DNA from: Candidatus Micrarchaeota archaeon
Lineage (GTDB): Archaea > Iainarchaeota > Iainarchaeia > Iainarchaeales > JAGVWC01
Reading direction: 5' to 3'
Length of the DNA stretch: 64,000 nucleotides
Assembly: GCA_043803815.1 (NCBI GenBank)
Contig: JAZDJR010000004.1
Span: 1-64,000 of the forward strand
The notes below the pieces were generated by a model, which ran no database searches, was not told where the DNA came from, and saw nothing but the letters and a program-made list of their open reading frames with translations. Shown piece after piece: positions 47,977 through 56,904 of this stretch. The position numbers and the translations under genes are program-made. Within the stretch, counting starts at the first letter, position 1; every line of letters starts with the position of its first letter.

Positions 47977-48561
47977 CTATGTATTGGAAGACGGCGGTTT
48001 TGGTCCATCCAAAAAGCTGTCGTCAAAATTCGCGGTCCGGCCGGAAAGTTCCGCGCCGATTTTTTTGGCCTCTTCTTCCACTGTGACCACGGACTCCCCT
48101 TTCAAGGCGTTCTTTCCGAACTGTTCCAAAAACTTTTTCGTGGTCTTTAACAAAAACGTGCGGCCAAACGGCTGCTTGGAAACCAGCCCCTTGTCGTGCA
48201 AAACCTTGATGTGCTCATAACCCTTGTTGTTGCGAAGCTTGATGACAAGCGACTGCTTGATGGGCTGTTTAAACGCGATTAACGCCAAGGTTTTTTGCAC
48301 GCTTTTGTTCAAATCCGAACCCGCGGCAAACTGCTGGACCTCATCCTCAAATTCGCTTCGCACGCGCATCTGAAAACTGCCCGACAAATCGATGATTTCC
48401 AAAGCCGAATTGCGCGAATTAAATTCCTGTACCAGTTCCTTGACCAGGCGATGCGTCTCAAGCAAAGACTCCGATTTAATTGTCTTGGCCAAATCCTCAA
48501 CCGAAACGGCTTTTGGGGACATGAACAACGCCGCTTCCAAAACCTTTTTCGAATCCGCCAT
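47977..48561 (-). CDS. scpB: SMC-Scp complex subunit ScpB
   Basis: LEAALF, TLA.IA.KQPI and GR.....TT..F...FG motifs. Confidence 0.92.
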   Translation of the reverse strand: MADSKKVLEAALFMSPKAVSVEDLAKTIKSESLLETHRLVKELVQEFNSRNSALEIIDLSGSFQMRVRSEFEDEVQQFAAGSDLNKSVQKTLALIAFKQPIKQSLVIKLRNNKGYEHIKVLHDKGLVSKQPFGRTFLLKTTKKFLEQFGKNALKGESVVTVEEEAKKIGAELSGRTANFDDSFLDGPKPPSSNT

Positions 48562-48695
48562 ACCGAACTATATTCCAAAAACAACTATTTAATCACCAAC
48601 GCTTTCACCAAACCAAAATGTATAACCCAAATCCAAGCAGAAATACAAACAAAAAAATAGGGATTAAAAAGACAAGCAAACACAGTATCCCCTGT

Positions 48696-49469
48696 ATGAA
48701 CCTGAAAATCGCGGCATTGATTTTTGTAATTGCGGGAATTTTCCTTTTTGGGTGTGTCCAGCCCGAATTGCCCGCCAGCGCTTTTTTCCTGAAATATGAA
48801 GTGGCCAGCGGATGGACCCACAGCAGTACAATTCTCACTTTGGAAAACCAAAAAGCGGTCAAAACCACGGAAAAAAACGGAACCGTTTTAGCCACCAAAA
48901 CAATTGAATTTTCTTCGGAAGAATGGAACCAATTAATTTTGTATTTTATCAACACCGGCATTTCCGGAATCAAACAAGAAAATTTGAACGACTGTCAAAA
49001 TGTTGGAAGAGATTGTCCAACCGACGGACCAAGCCACAAACTAACCATTCAATTTCATCCGACAAACAACCAGCCCAATGTCCAATACTCCCAAGGACTA
49101 CTTGTTGCACCCACCAACCTTGAATGGTATTACCTGCTTGAAACACCCGAACCGCTTTCACAAACATTAAATAAAATAAACGAAATCTTGAACCGCTTTG
49201 ACGAACCCGTCGCCTGCACCATGGAAGCAAAACTCTGCCCCGACGGAACAAGCGTCGGAAGAACACTTCCCAATTGCGAATTTGCAGCGTGCCCGAGCAA
49301 TTGCAATTGGAAACCGGGAAGCTGCGAAATGCTAATCGCACGAGGACGGTTTTTTTATAATACGCAAACCGGTGCCTGCGAAGAATTTGAAGGCGGAAGC
49401 GGCTGCAATCCACCCCCATTTTTGACATTGCAAGAATGCCAAACAGCCTGCGTGTCGACCAATCAATAA
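48696..49469 (+). CDS. Lipoprotein with CTMEAKLCPDG Cys motif and C-terminal Kunitz/BPTI-like domain
   Basis: Lipobox-like LFGC; six-Cys C..PGSC...RFFYN..TG.C..F....GC....F.T..EC..AC pattern. Confidence 0.72.
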   Translation: MNLKIAALIFVIAGIFLFGCVQPELPASAFFLKYEVASGWTHSSTILTLENQKAVKTTEKNGTVLATKTIEFSSEEWNQLILYFINTGISGIKQENLNDCQNVGRDCPTDGPSHKLTIQFHPTNNQPNVQYSQGLLVAPTNLEWYYLLETPEPLSQTLNKINEILNRFDEPVACTMEAKLCPDGTSVGRTLPNCEFAACPSNCNWKPGSCEMLIARGRFFYNTQTGACEEFEGGSGCNPPPFLTLQECQTACVSTNQ

Positions 49470-49588
49470 CTGCCAAGAACTACTTTTCAAACCGTACAGT
49501 TACAAAAACCAAATGCACTTTTATTCATCTTCGGCAAAAACCTAACCAAATACAGCCGAATAAAAACAAAGCCAAGCACAATTAAAGC

Positions 49589-49987
49589 ATGACATACGAA
49601 AAAAACATCTTCATACTCGCAATAGTCATTTTGGCGGGACTTATATTATTCTCAGTCCAAACCGCCAGCCAAAACCCCCAGCCGGGAATCCAAAACCAAT
49701 GGCTTGAATACAAACCCATCCAATGCGGCCAAAACCCCTGGGAAGTATGGGAAGCGGCCTCCGGACGCGTCTATTTCCGCGCTCCGACTGAAAAAGAAAT
49801 TCTTACCAATTACCTCCAAACCGTGCAAGGCGTAACCATCCTGGATTACAAAACAATCCCCGCACCGGACGGATACGCAACCTGCAAAGCCTGTTCCTGC
49901 CAGCGCGGCGACACCATCCAAATCCAAACCAGCTTTGCGGACTCCGTAAAACTGCAAAACACCGGATGGACTCTCGTGCAAAACTAA
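49589..49987 (+). CDS. Exported Cys-containing hypothetical protein
   Basis: N-terminal TM helix; QC..NPW and CKACSC..G motifs. Confidence 0.7.
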   Translation: MTYEKNIFILAIVILAGLILFSVQTASQNPQPGIQNQWLEYKPIQCGQNPWEVWEAASGRVYFRAPTEKEILTNYLQTVQGVTILDYKTIPAPDGYATCKACSCQRGDTIQIQTSFADSVKLQNTGWTLVQN

Positions 49988-50056
49988 AAAACAATCCGAA
50001 AAAATAAGTGCAACCAGTTCGACTAACGAAGGAGGAAAAAACCGAGCGAAAGGAAT

Positions 50057-50428
50057 TCATTGGTTAAAACTCATCCAGAAAAACCATGCGCCGATGAGGA
50101 AAATTACAAAACCCCACAATGCCTGGCGGTTCTTGAACTTTTGCGCGAATTTATTAATTCGGCCGGGAAACGCAATTTTTTCGATTCCCTTAAACAGGGT
50201 AATCCAGCCAAGCAAAGTAATCGCAACCCGCCAGTCCCCAACCCATACATTGTGGCCGACAACAGTAGCCAAACCCAGCAAAAAAGTAATGTATCCCGTC
50301 GAAACGGTTATGGCTTTTTCTTCTGTATATTGAATGACCCGCCCCAAAAGTTTTGCTCCAATCGAAGACAAGCCCAAAATTATAAATATACTCCCCCAAA
50401 ACCTTGCTAAAAAAATCGTAATGTCCAT
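50057..50428 (-). CDS. Four-TM membrane protein
   Basis: HN.W...W...ITLLGW..L.KG motif. Confidence 0.75.
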   Translation of the reverse strand: MDITIFLARFWGSIFIILGLSSIGAKLLGRVIQYTEEKAITVSTGYITFLLGLATVVGHNVWVGDWRVAITLLGWITLFKGIEKIAFPGRINKFAQKFKNRQALWGFVIFLIGAWFFWMSFNQ

Positions 50429-50625
50429 ATTTTTCCACTTTTAACCAATAATGGGATTAAAGTATATAAAATACTCGGCCAAAAAATAAATCAAAAATAA
50501 TTTTTGCGCAAAAATAATTTCGCAACCCATTTTCTTTTTCCGCTAAACCGGATTCTTTTTTTCAAAAAAAACCGCCAAAGCCCCCAAAACAAACATTTAA
50601 ATACCAAAAAACGCTTCTTGTGAAC

Positions 50626-50733
50626 ATGGCAACTAAAAGACGCGCTTCAAGCGCTCGAAGAAGTACCAGCCGACGCGCCAGTACCAAAAGTACGGCCCGC
50701 CGGTCAACGAAAAGTAAAGCAAGACGCCGCTAA
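50626..50733 (+). CDS. Protamine-like small basic peptide (35 aa, absent from ORF track)
   Basis: MATKRRASSARRSTSRRASTKSTARRSTKSKARRR*; TTTAAATA at 50596-50603. Confidence 0.65.
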   Translation: MATKRRASSARRSTSRRASTKSTARRSTKSKARRR

Positions 50734-51014
50734 AATTTACGCAACAACAATGGACTGTAGCGCTGCACGCGCAATTAAAAAAAGTGCCATTCGTTGCGCA
50801 AATTGGCGTCTTCTTTTCTTTTTTCTCTGATTCTTTTTAGCAACCAAGCGATACAAACGGACAGACTTACGTCTTGCCCAAAAAATTTTACTTTTTGAAA
50901 AAGAAAAAACCCCCAATAAATCTGGGTTAACCGCGATTAACGGATCTCCGAAAAAAATAACCCTTTCGCCGCAAAGACAAAAGTTTTTATTCACATAATG
51001 CACATAATATACTA

Positions 51015-51245
51015 ATGGGGGGTCATGCCATGGTCAATATTACATTAGCGGTTTCGACCGAGATGAAAAGCGAGATGGAACAGTTTCCGGAAATGAACTG
51101 GAGCGAAATCGCCAGGGCCGCGATAAAAGAACGCCTGGAAATGATGGAAAAATTCAGAAAATTCACCGAAAAAAGCGCCCTAACGGAGGAAGACGCCCTA
51201 AAATTGGGCAGAGAACTCAAACACAAAGCAGCCGGAAGAAGGTAA
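51015..51245 (+). CDS. VapB-like RHH antitoxin
   Basis: NITLAV......M..FPEMNWSEIAR.AI. Confidence 0.85.
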   Translation: MGGHAMVNITLAVSTEMKSEMEQFPEMNWSEIARAAIKERLEMMEKFRKFTEKSALTEEDALKLGRELKHKAAGRR

Positions 51246-51555
51246 TTTTTTGGAACTGGTTTTGGACGCAAACATTTTGTTTGCCGCACTCATCAAAGAC
51301 AGTAAGACCGCCGAATTAATGCTGGACCCCCGTTTGGAACTTCACATTCCGGAATTTGCCTTGCAGGAATTTTCCAAATATGAACAGCACATTTTGAAAA
51401 AAACCAGCCGAACAAAAGAAGAATTCCAAGAAATACTGGCGGCCATCAAAAAAATCGCCAAGATAATCCCGCGAGAAGAATTCAAAATGGACTGCACCCC
51501 TAAATTTGCTCGGGTAGAAAAGCCTATTTTTGTATGAAAAATAGGGGGAAAAAGT

Positions 51556-51864
51556 ATGCAAAAGAGAAAGTTTTCGCGGGACTTTAAGCTCGCGATTTTA
51601 CAAGAAATAGACGCGGGCAAGCAAATGGCTCAGGCTTGCCGTGAGCATGATATTGCCGCCAACTTGGTGGTGCGTTGGAAACGTGAGTACCAACAAAACC
51701 AAAAAAATGCATTTGCCGGCAAGGGAAACACGTACAAAATCGAAGCAAAAAACGCGGAGTTAACCAAAACCATTGGCGAACTATACCTGGAAAACGCCAT
51801 TTTGAAAAAAGCCAACACGCGCCTGCAGGAACTGTGGGCGACTCAAAAAAAAAACACGAGGTGA
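51556..51864 (+). CDS. IS3 transposase OrfA (HTH)
   Basis: RKFS.DFK, HTH, L..EN.ILKKA motifs. Confidence 0.9.
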   Translation: MQKRKFSRDFKLAILQEIDAGKQMAQACREHDIAANLVVRWKREYQQNQKNAFAGKGNTYKIEAKNAELTKTIGELYLENAILKKANTRLQELWATQKKNTR

Positions 51865-52748
51865 AAAAAATGTTGCACGAGATTGTAAAAGAAGAACAAA
51901 CGGTTCGACCCACCAAAACCTGCCAAATACTCGGCCTTAACGCATCCAGTTACCGGTACCAAACCAAACACGCGACTTCTCGCATCACAGACAAAAAACT
52001 GTTGAAAGAAATCCAAGATATTACCAAAGAGTTTTCCGGTTACGGTTACCGTCGCGTCACCAAAACACTCCCACAAAAAGGCATCAAAGTCAACCACAAA
52101 AAAGTCTTCAAAATCATGCAAGAAAACCATTTAACGCGCAAGAAACGAAAAACCTTCAAACCAAAAACCACCGACTCCAATCACTCAAACCGCGTCTATC
52201 CAAACAAAGCAAAAGGACTCAAAACAATTCACCCAAACCAGTTGTGGGTTGCCGATATCACATACATCCGACTCGCACACAGATTCGCATACCTCGCCAT
52301 CATCTTGGACGTTTTCTCCAGAAAAATAGTTGGCTGGAACCTTGGCCAGACACTGGAATCCGGTCTTGCAACAAACGCGTTAACAATGGCCATCCAAAAC
52401 CGATCGTTCCTCGGTTTTGCTAATCTGATTCATCACTCAGACCGGGGCGTTCAATATGCCTGCCAACAATACACTGCCTTACTGGAACAAAACGACATTG
52501 CCATTAGCATGTCGGCAAAAGGAAACCCGTACGACAACGCTTTTGCCGAGAGCTTCAACAAGACAATCAAATACGAAGAGGTTTACCTAAACGAATACGA
52601 AACGTTCGATGACGCGCTCGAAAACATCGAGCGCTTTATCGAGGAGGTGTACAACAAAAAACGGTTGCACTCGAGCATCGACTACCGGTCACCCGACCGG
52701 TTCGAGCAAGAGTGGATTTTAAAAAACCAAACAGGCTATTCTTGTTGA
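51834..52748 (+). CDS. IS3 transposase OrfB (DDE), probably fused to OrfA by -1 frameshift at A10 (51845-51854)
   Basis: YGYRR, W.ADITY, HHSDRG.QY, DNA.AESF.K.IK.E and R.HSS motifs. Confidence 0.93.
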   Translation: MGDSKKKHEVKKMLHEIVKEEQTVRPTKTCQILGLNASSYRYQTKHATSRITDKKLLKEIQDITKEFSGYGYRRVTKTLPQKGIKVNHKKVFKIMQENHLTRKKRKTFKPKTTDSNHSNRVYPNKAKGLKTIHPNQLWVADITYIRLAHRFAYLAIILDVFSRKIVGWNLGQTLESGLATNALTMAIQNRSFLGFANLIHHSDRGVQYACQQYTALLEQNDIAISMSAKGNPYDNAFAESFNKTIKYEEVYLNEYETFDDALENIERFIEEVYNKKRLHSSIDYRSPDRFEQEWILKNQTGYSC

Positions 52749-52970
52749 GCAAAAAAAGGGGTTCACTCCAAAACACAAATCAAAAAAGCGGAAAAAATTT
52801 GCCCGGACAAAGGAGACATCGACTATTTTGCCCTTGCATTAAAACTGAATCTTCCGATTTGGAGCAACGACAAAAAACTGAAAGAACAAACAACCGTCAA
52901 AATATACTCAACACAAGAAATAGTCGAACTCCTGAAATAGGCTGCCGCCTTAGAAACGCAGAATCGACTA

Positions 52971-53043
52971 ATAATTGCAGTCCCCATCTGTCGGCCTTCC
53001 GCTGCAGCGTCAGACCACGCAGTATTTCCGGCCGCACGATAAA
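52971..53043. repeat. 74-nt structured repeat, copy B
   Basis: Shares tcagaccacgcagtatt and ccggccgca with 45219-45292. Confidence 0.8.
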
Positions 53044-53269
53044 AATTCAACCCACTTATCCCCCAGAAATAATTTCAAAATTAATTCGCGAGACTTACGC
53101 CAGTCCCAAAAAAATTTTTATTTAATTGAAGGCGAAACTGACGTCCGCTTTCAAAAAATTGTTTTACTTTTGAAAAGAAAAGTAAAACCGTCATTGGATG
53201 GCAACCGACAATCATGCCGGCTTGAATTACGAATATGCCTAAACTCTATTTTAGTGCTGTTCGAAAAAA

Positions 53270-56258
53270 CCGCTTGAGCGTTTAGTATTGCTATGCTGAA
53301 CACCTCGCCGAAGCTTAGTGCGTACACACGCAACCTATCAAGCGCCTATTTTAGGGCACGCTCTCGAACCTACGACCACTACACCGCAGTGCAATGATTT
53401 TCGATTATGATTGTCTCGTTTTGGGGATCGCTTCGAGCTTAGATGCATTCAGCTCTTATCGACTATTGCGTAGCTACTCAGCAATGCCTTGTCAGACAAC
53501 TGATCAACCAGAGGCAACGACCCACTGTTCCTCTCGTACTAGATGGATCTTTCCCGCAGACAATCCGCACTCCCAACAGATAGTAACCAAACTGGCTCGC
53601 ACCGTTCTTAACCCAACTAACGAAACGCTTTAATGAGTTAACACCTCCACCCTTGGCTGCTTATGCACAGCCAGGATGCGTTGAGACGACGGCGAGGTCG
53701 CAATCCGTGGGGTCGATGTGGACTCTTACCCACGACCACTCAGTTACCCCCAGGGTAAATTCACTGTAAGACCAGGCCCCCATTAATGAGGACACTGATG
53801 TTCGCTAGACCCAAGTTTCCTTTCCTCAATTCTTGCTTTGCGAAATGAGGTCAAGCCTGCTTTTGCTCTTGCACTCTATGCCGAATTTCTGACTCGGCTG
53901 AGCAGACCTTTGGGCACCCCTGATACTTTTTCGGGGGTGTACCGCCCCAGTCAAACTACCCATCTATTGGTGTCCCGTTTCCGGTAAGCAACTCGGTTTT
54001 GGAAGGCAGGTGTTACACTTTTGCTCCGCTTCACCCGAAAGTAAAGCATCGACGCTCCCTGCTACGCTATGCAGCCAAAGCCAAGTCACAACAACAGACT
54101 GTAGTAAATCTCCGTGGGGTCTTCTCTTCCCGTTGAGAGTTAGTGGCATATTCACCACTTAGTGAGTTCGCTGGGCCGCTGTTAGGGACAGTAGGAATCT
54201 CGTTACTTCCTTGGTGCAAGTCGCTAATCAAGCGACAAGGTATTACGCTACCGTGAGAGCCTCAGAGTTAGGCCCGCTCTTCACCAGCGCTTAGTCCGGT
54301 TGGAACCGGGTTTCACGTACTGGCAGTGAGCAGAAGTCACTGACCATTCTAATCCTTGCGGACTTGCGGTCAGATGTGTTTTTGCTAAACAGTCGGACTC
54401 CCCTTGTTATTGAAACCAGCACCATCACGTGCTGGCACCCCTTATACCTAAGATACAGGGCTAATTTGCCGAGTTCCCATAACAGCGTTAATCCCAACAC
54501 GCCTTAGCCTTCTCAGCCAGAGCACCTTTCTCAGTTCTAGGTACGGTCATCTAACATACTTGCATGTTTTGTTTTCAAGGGCTCCCGGCATCAGCCAAAC
54601 CTTGCGGCTATTCAAACCTTTAATCCGTTTCTCATCTTTACGATTCTCCGCGGATTTATGGCTTTTAAATGAAACGACGGTTTCACTTGGCTTAGCCCGA
54701 AGCGTCCAAAACACACCTTTCGTTGCCGAGAACGTAGTTACATGGTACCGGAATATGAACCGGTTTCCCTTTCCTTCAAACACCGAATTACGGGTGAAGT
54801 TAGGACCGACTAACCCTTAGCTAATGATTAGCGCTAAGGAAGCCTTGCTCTTACGGCGGAACAAATTCTCATTGTTCTTTGTTGCTACTAGCACTGGGAT
54901 TCTTATCTCAGACGGATTCATACTTGCTCACGCAAGTACTTAATCTCCATCCGAGCACCTCCTTACTGCATTCGTATCCAAACAGATACGAGCCGCTGGT
55001 ATCGGCAGCTAGTTTAGCCCGGTTTATCTTCAATGCCCGACTTCTCGATGGGTGAGCTGTTACGCATTCTTTAAAGGATGGCTGCTTCTAAGCCAACCTC
55101 CCCATTGTCTTTGAAACCGGACGCTTTTTGTATTCACACTCAACTAGCATTTATGGGCCTTAACCAACGTCTGGGTTTTTCCCCTCTAGGACAACCGGCT
55201 TACCCGGTGGCCCCGACTCGCACGGTCTACATTGCGCATAGATTCGGAGTTTGACAAGAAAGGCAAGCCTCTCGGCCCGTTACTTTCTAATCAGTATCTC
55301 TACCCCATACGCCAACTCGCGTGCGGCGATCCTAAGAGATCCTTCAGGAGGAGCCTGCTATTACCAAGCTCGAATAGCCTATTACCTCTATTCCTAGATC
55401 ATCCAAACAGTTAGACTAGAACTGGTTATGGCTTCCGTCCTTCGGAAGAAGGACTTCACCAGGCCCAGGAATAGTTCGCAATCGGTTTCAGGTCTGTCAG
55501 CTGTGACTATCCAGCACTATGAATACTGTCCGCCTCGTCCCATAAATGGGATTGCGCGGATTTGCTTTCGCTTCGACTCCTTCCATTATGGAATTAGTCT
55601 TGCCACAACCAACAACTCCCCAGCCCGTGACTCAAGACGGACGATAAGACTCTGATCCATCGCACTCCTACAATCACCTTGCGGTAACTTCGTTCGTGCA
55701 ACTTCGTTTCTTTGGAGCCTTACCCAATTGTAGCCGCATAGTTTCAAGTGTTCTTTCATCCCCCGCCAGGGGTACTTTTCAACTTTCCCTCACGGTACTA
55801 GTATGCTATCGGTCTCAAGGCGTATTTAGGATTGCGGGTTAATGACCCGCGACTTCGAACGCAAAATCCAATGCATTCTACTCTCGGACAGTAGGACTCA
55901 GCTTTTTTGATTTCGCGTACGAGACTATCACTCTCTATGGTGCCGTTTTCCAACGGACTTTTGCTTGTCAAATTAAGCTGTACCCACGCCGCAACAACCC
56001 CACATCTCCCATACATTTCTATACGGGATTCGGTTTGTCCTCTGTCGCTTTCGGTCGCCCCTACTAACGACATCTCGGTTGATTTCTTTTCCTGCAGGTA
56101 CTGAAATGCTTTAGTTCCCTGCGTTCCCCATCCTTTCGGATTAATTCGAGCATCCCTGGCTCTAAGACCGCATGCGTCTCCCCAGGGCTTTTCGCAGCTT
56201 GCCACGCTCTTCTTCGGGACTTGAGCCGAGTTATCCACTATACGGCATATTCGGCTAG
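53270..56258 (-). rRNA. rrl: 23S rRNA (ends approximate)
   Basis: Conserved LSU motifs including the sarcin-ricin loop (reverse complement of cctctcgtact); flanking complementary processing stem about 53229-53265 with 56261-56294. Confidence 0.96.
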
Positions 56259-56659
56259 TATTCGAACAACTAATTTTGTTCAGGCGTTAATCGTGTTCGA
56301 ACCAACACTTTTGTGGTTGCCACCCAATGACGGTTCATACACGCAAAAAAATTTCTTGCGCTCACCAACCGTAACCAAAAAACTGGTTACGATTCTTATC
56401 CAAATAATACGATAAGAATAATTTTTTTCGACCAAGCAACTTTTACTCTTTTTTTTCCGAATTGTATTTTTTTATCGAGCGCTTTCTGCGCCTTTCCAAC
56501 GAATTTTCCATAAACATTTTCCAAACTTTTTTTGTAAAACTTTTTTCGATTTAATTTAATTTTTTTTTGAGTACCGATGTCCTTTTGAAAAAAGGACGAC
56601 GTACACCGCGCTTTTTCGCAAGTTTTCCCCAGGCTTTTTTGCGAAGCAAAAAAGGCTGT

Positions 56660-56732
56660 TGGACTCAACGGGAGTCGAACCCGTGACCTCCCCGTTGCAA
56701 ACGGGGCGCTCTACCAACTGAGCTATGAGCCC
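56660..56732 (-). tRNA. tRNA-Ala(TGC) in the rRNA spacer
   Basis: GGGCTCATAGCTCAGTTGGTAGAGCGCCCCGTTTGCAACGGGGAGGTCACGGGTTCGACTCCCGTTGAGTCCA. Confidence 0.96.
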
Positions 56733-56904
56733 TTGGTAAAGGATTCACGGCTGGAATCCGGTTTTGCCACAATTCTTTATCGCGAATTTTTTTTTATTGT
56801 GAAAAGGGTTTTGAAAATTTGAGTGCTGAACGCAAAACAGAGGCGGAACCGAAGTCCCGCCCCGTTTGGTTCTTTAACCTGCAAATGATATTGCAGATTT
56901 TTAG

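Larger units (their letters stand above)
51488..52770 (+). mobile_element. IS3-family insertion sequence, 1283 bp
   Basis: TG...CA ends; 24-bp IRs TGGACTGCACCCCTAAATTTGCTC and TGGAGTGAACCCCTTTTTTTGCTC (19/24); 3-bp AAA target duplication. Confidence 0.93.
51250..52940 (+). pseudogene. VapC/PIN toxin interrupted by IS3 (parts 51250-51487 and 52771-52940)
   Basis: VLDANILFAALI N-terminal half; CPD..D..YFALA......IWSNDK C-terminal half rejoins in frame when the IS and one AAA are removed. Confidence 0.9.

Noticed and set aside
52971-53043. Possible 5S rRNA downstream of 23S
   Set aside because: Too short, lacks 5S conserved loops and has a second copy at 45219.
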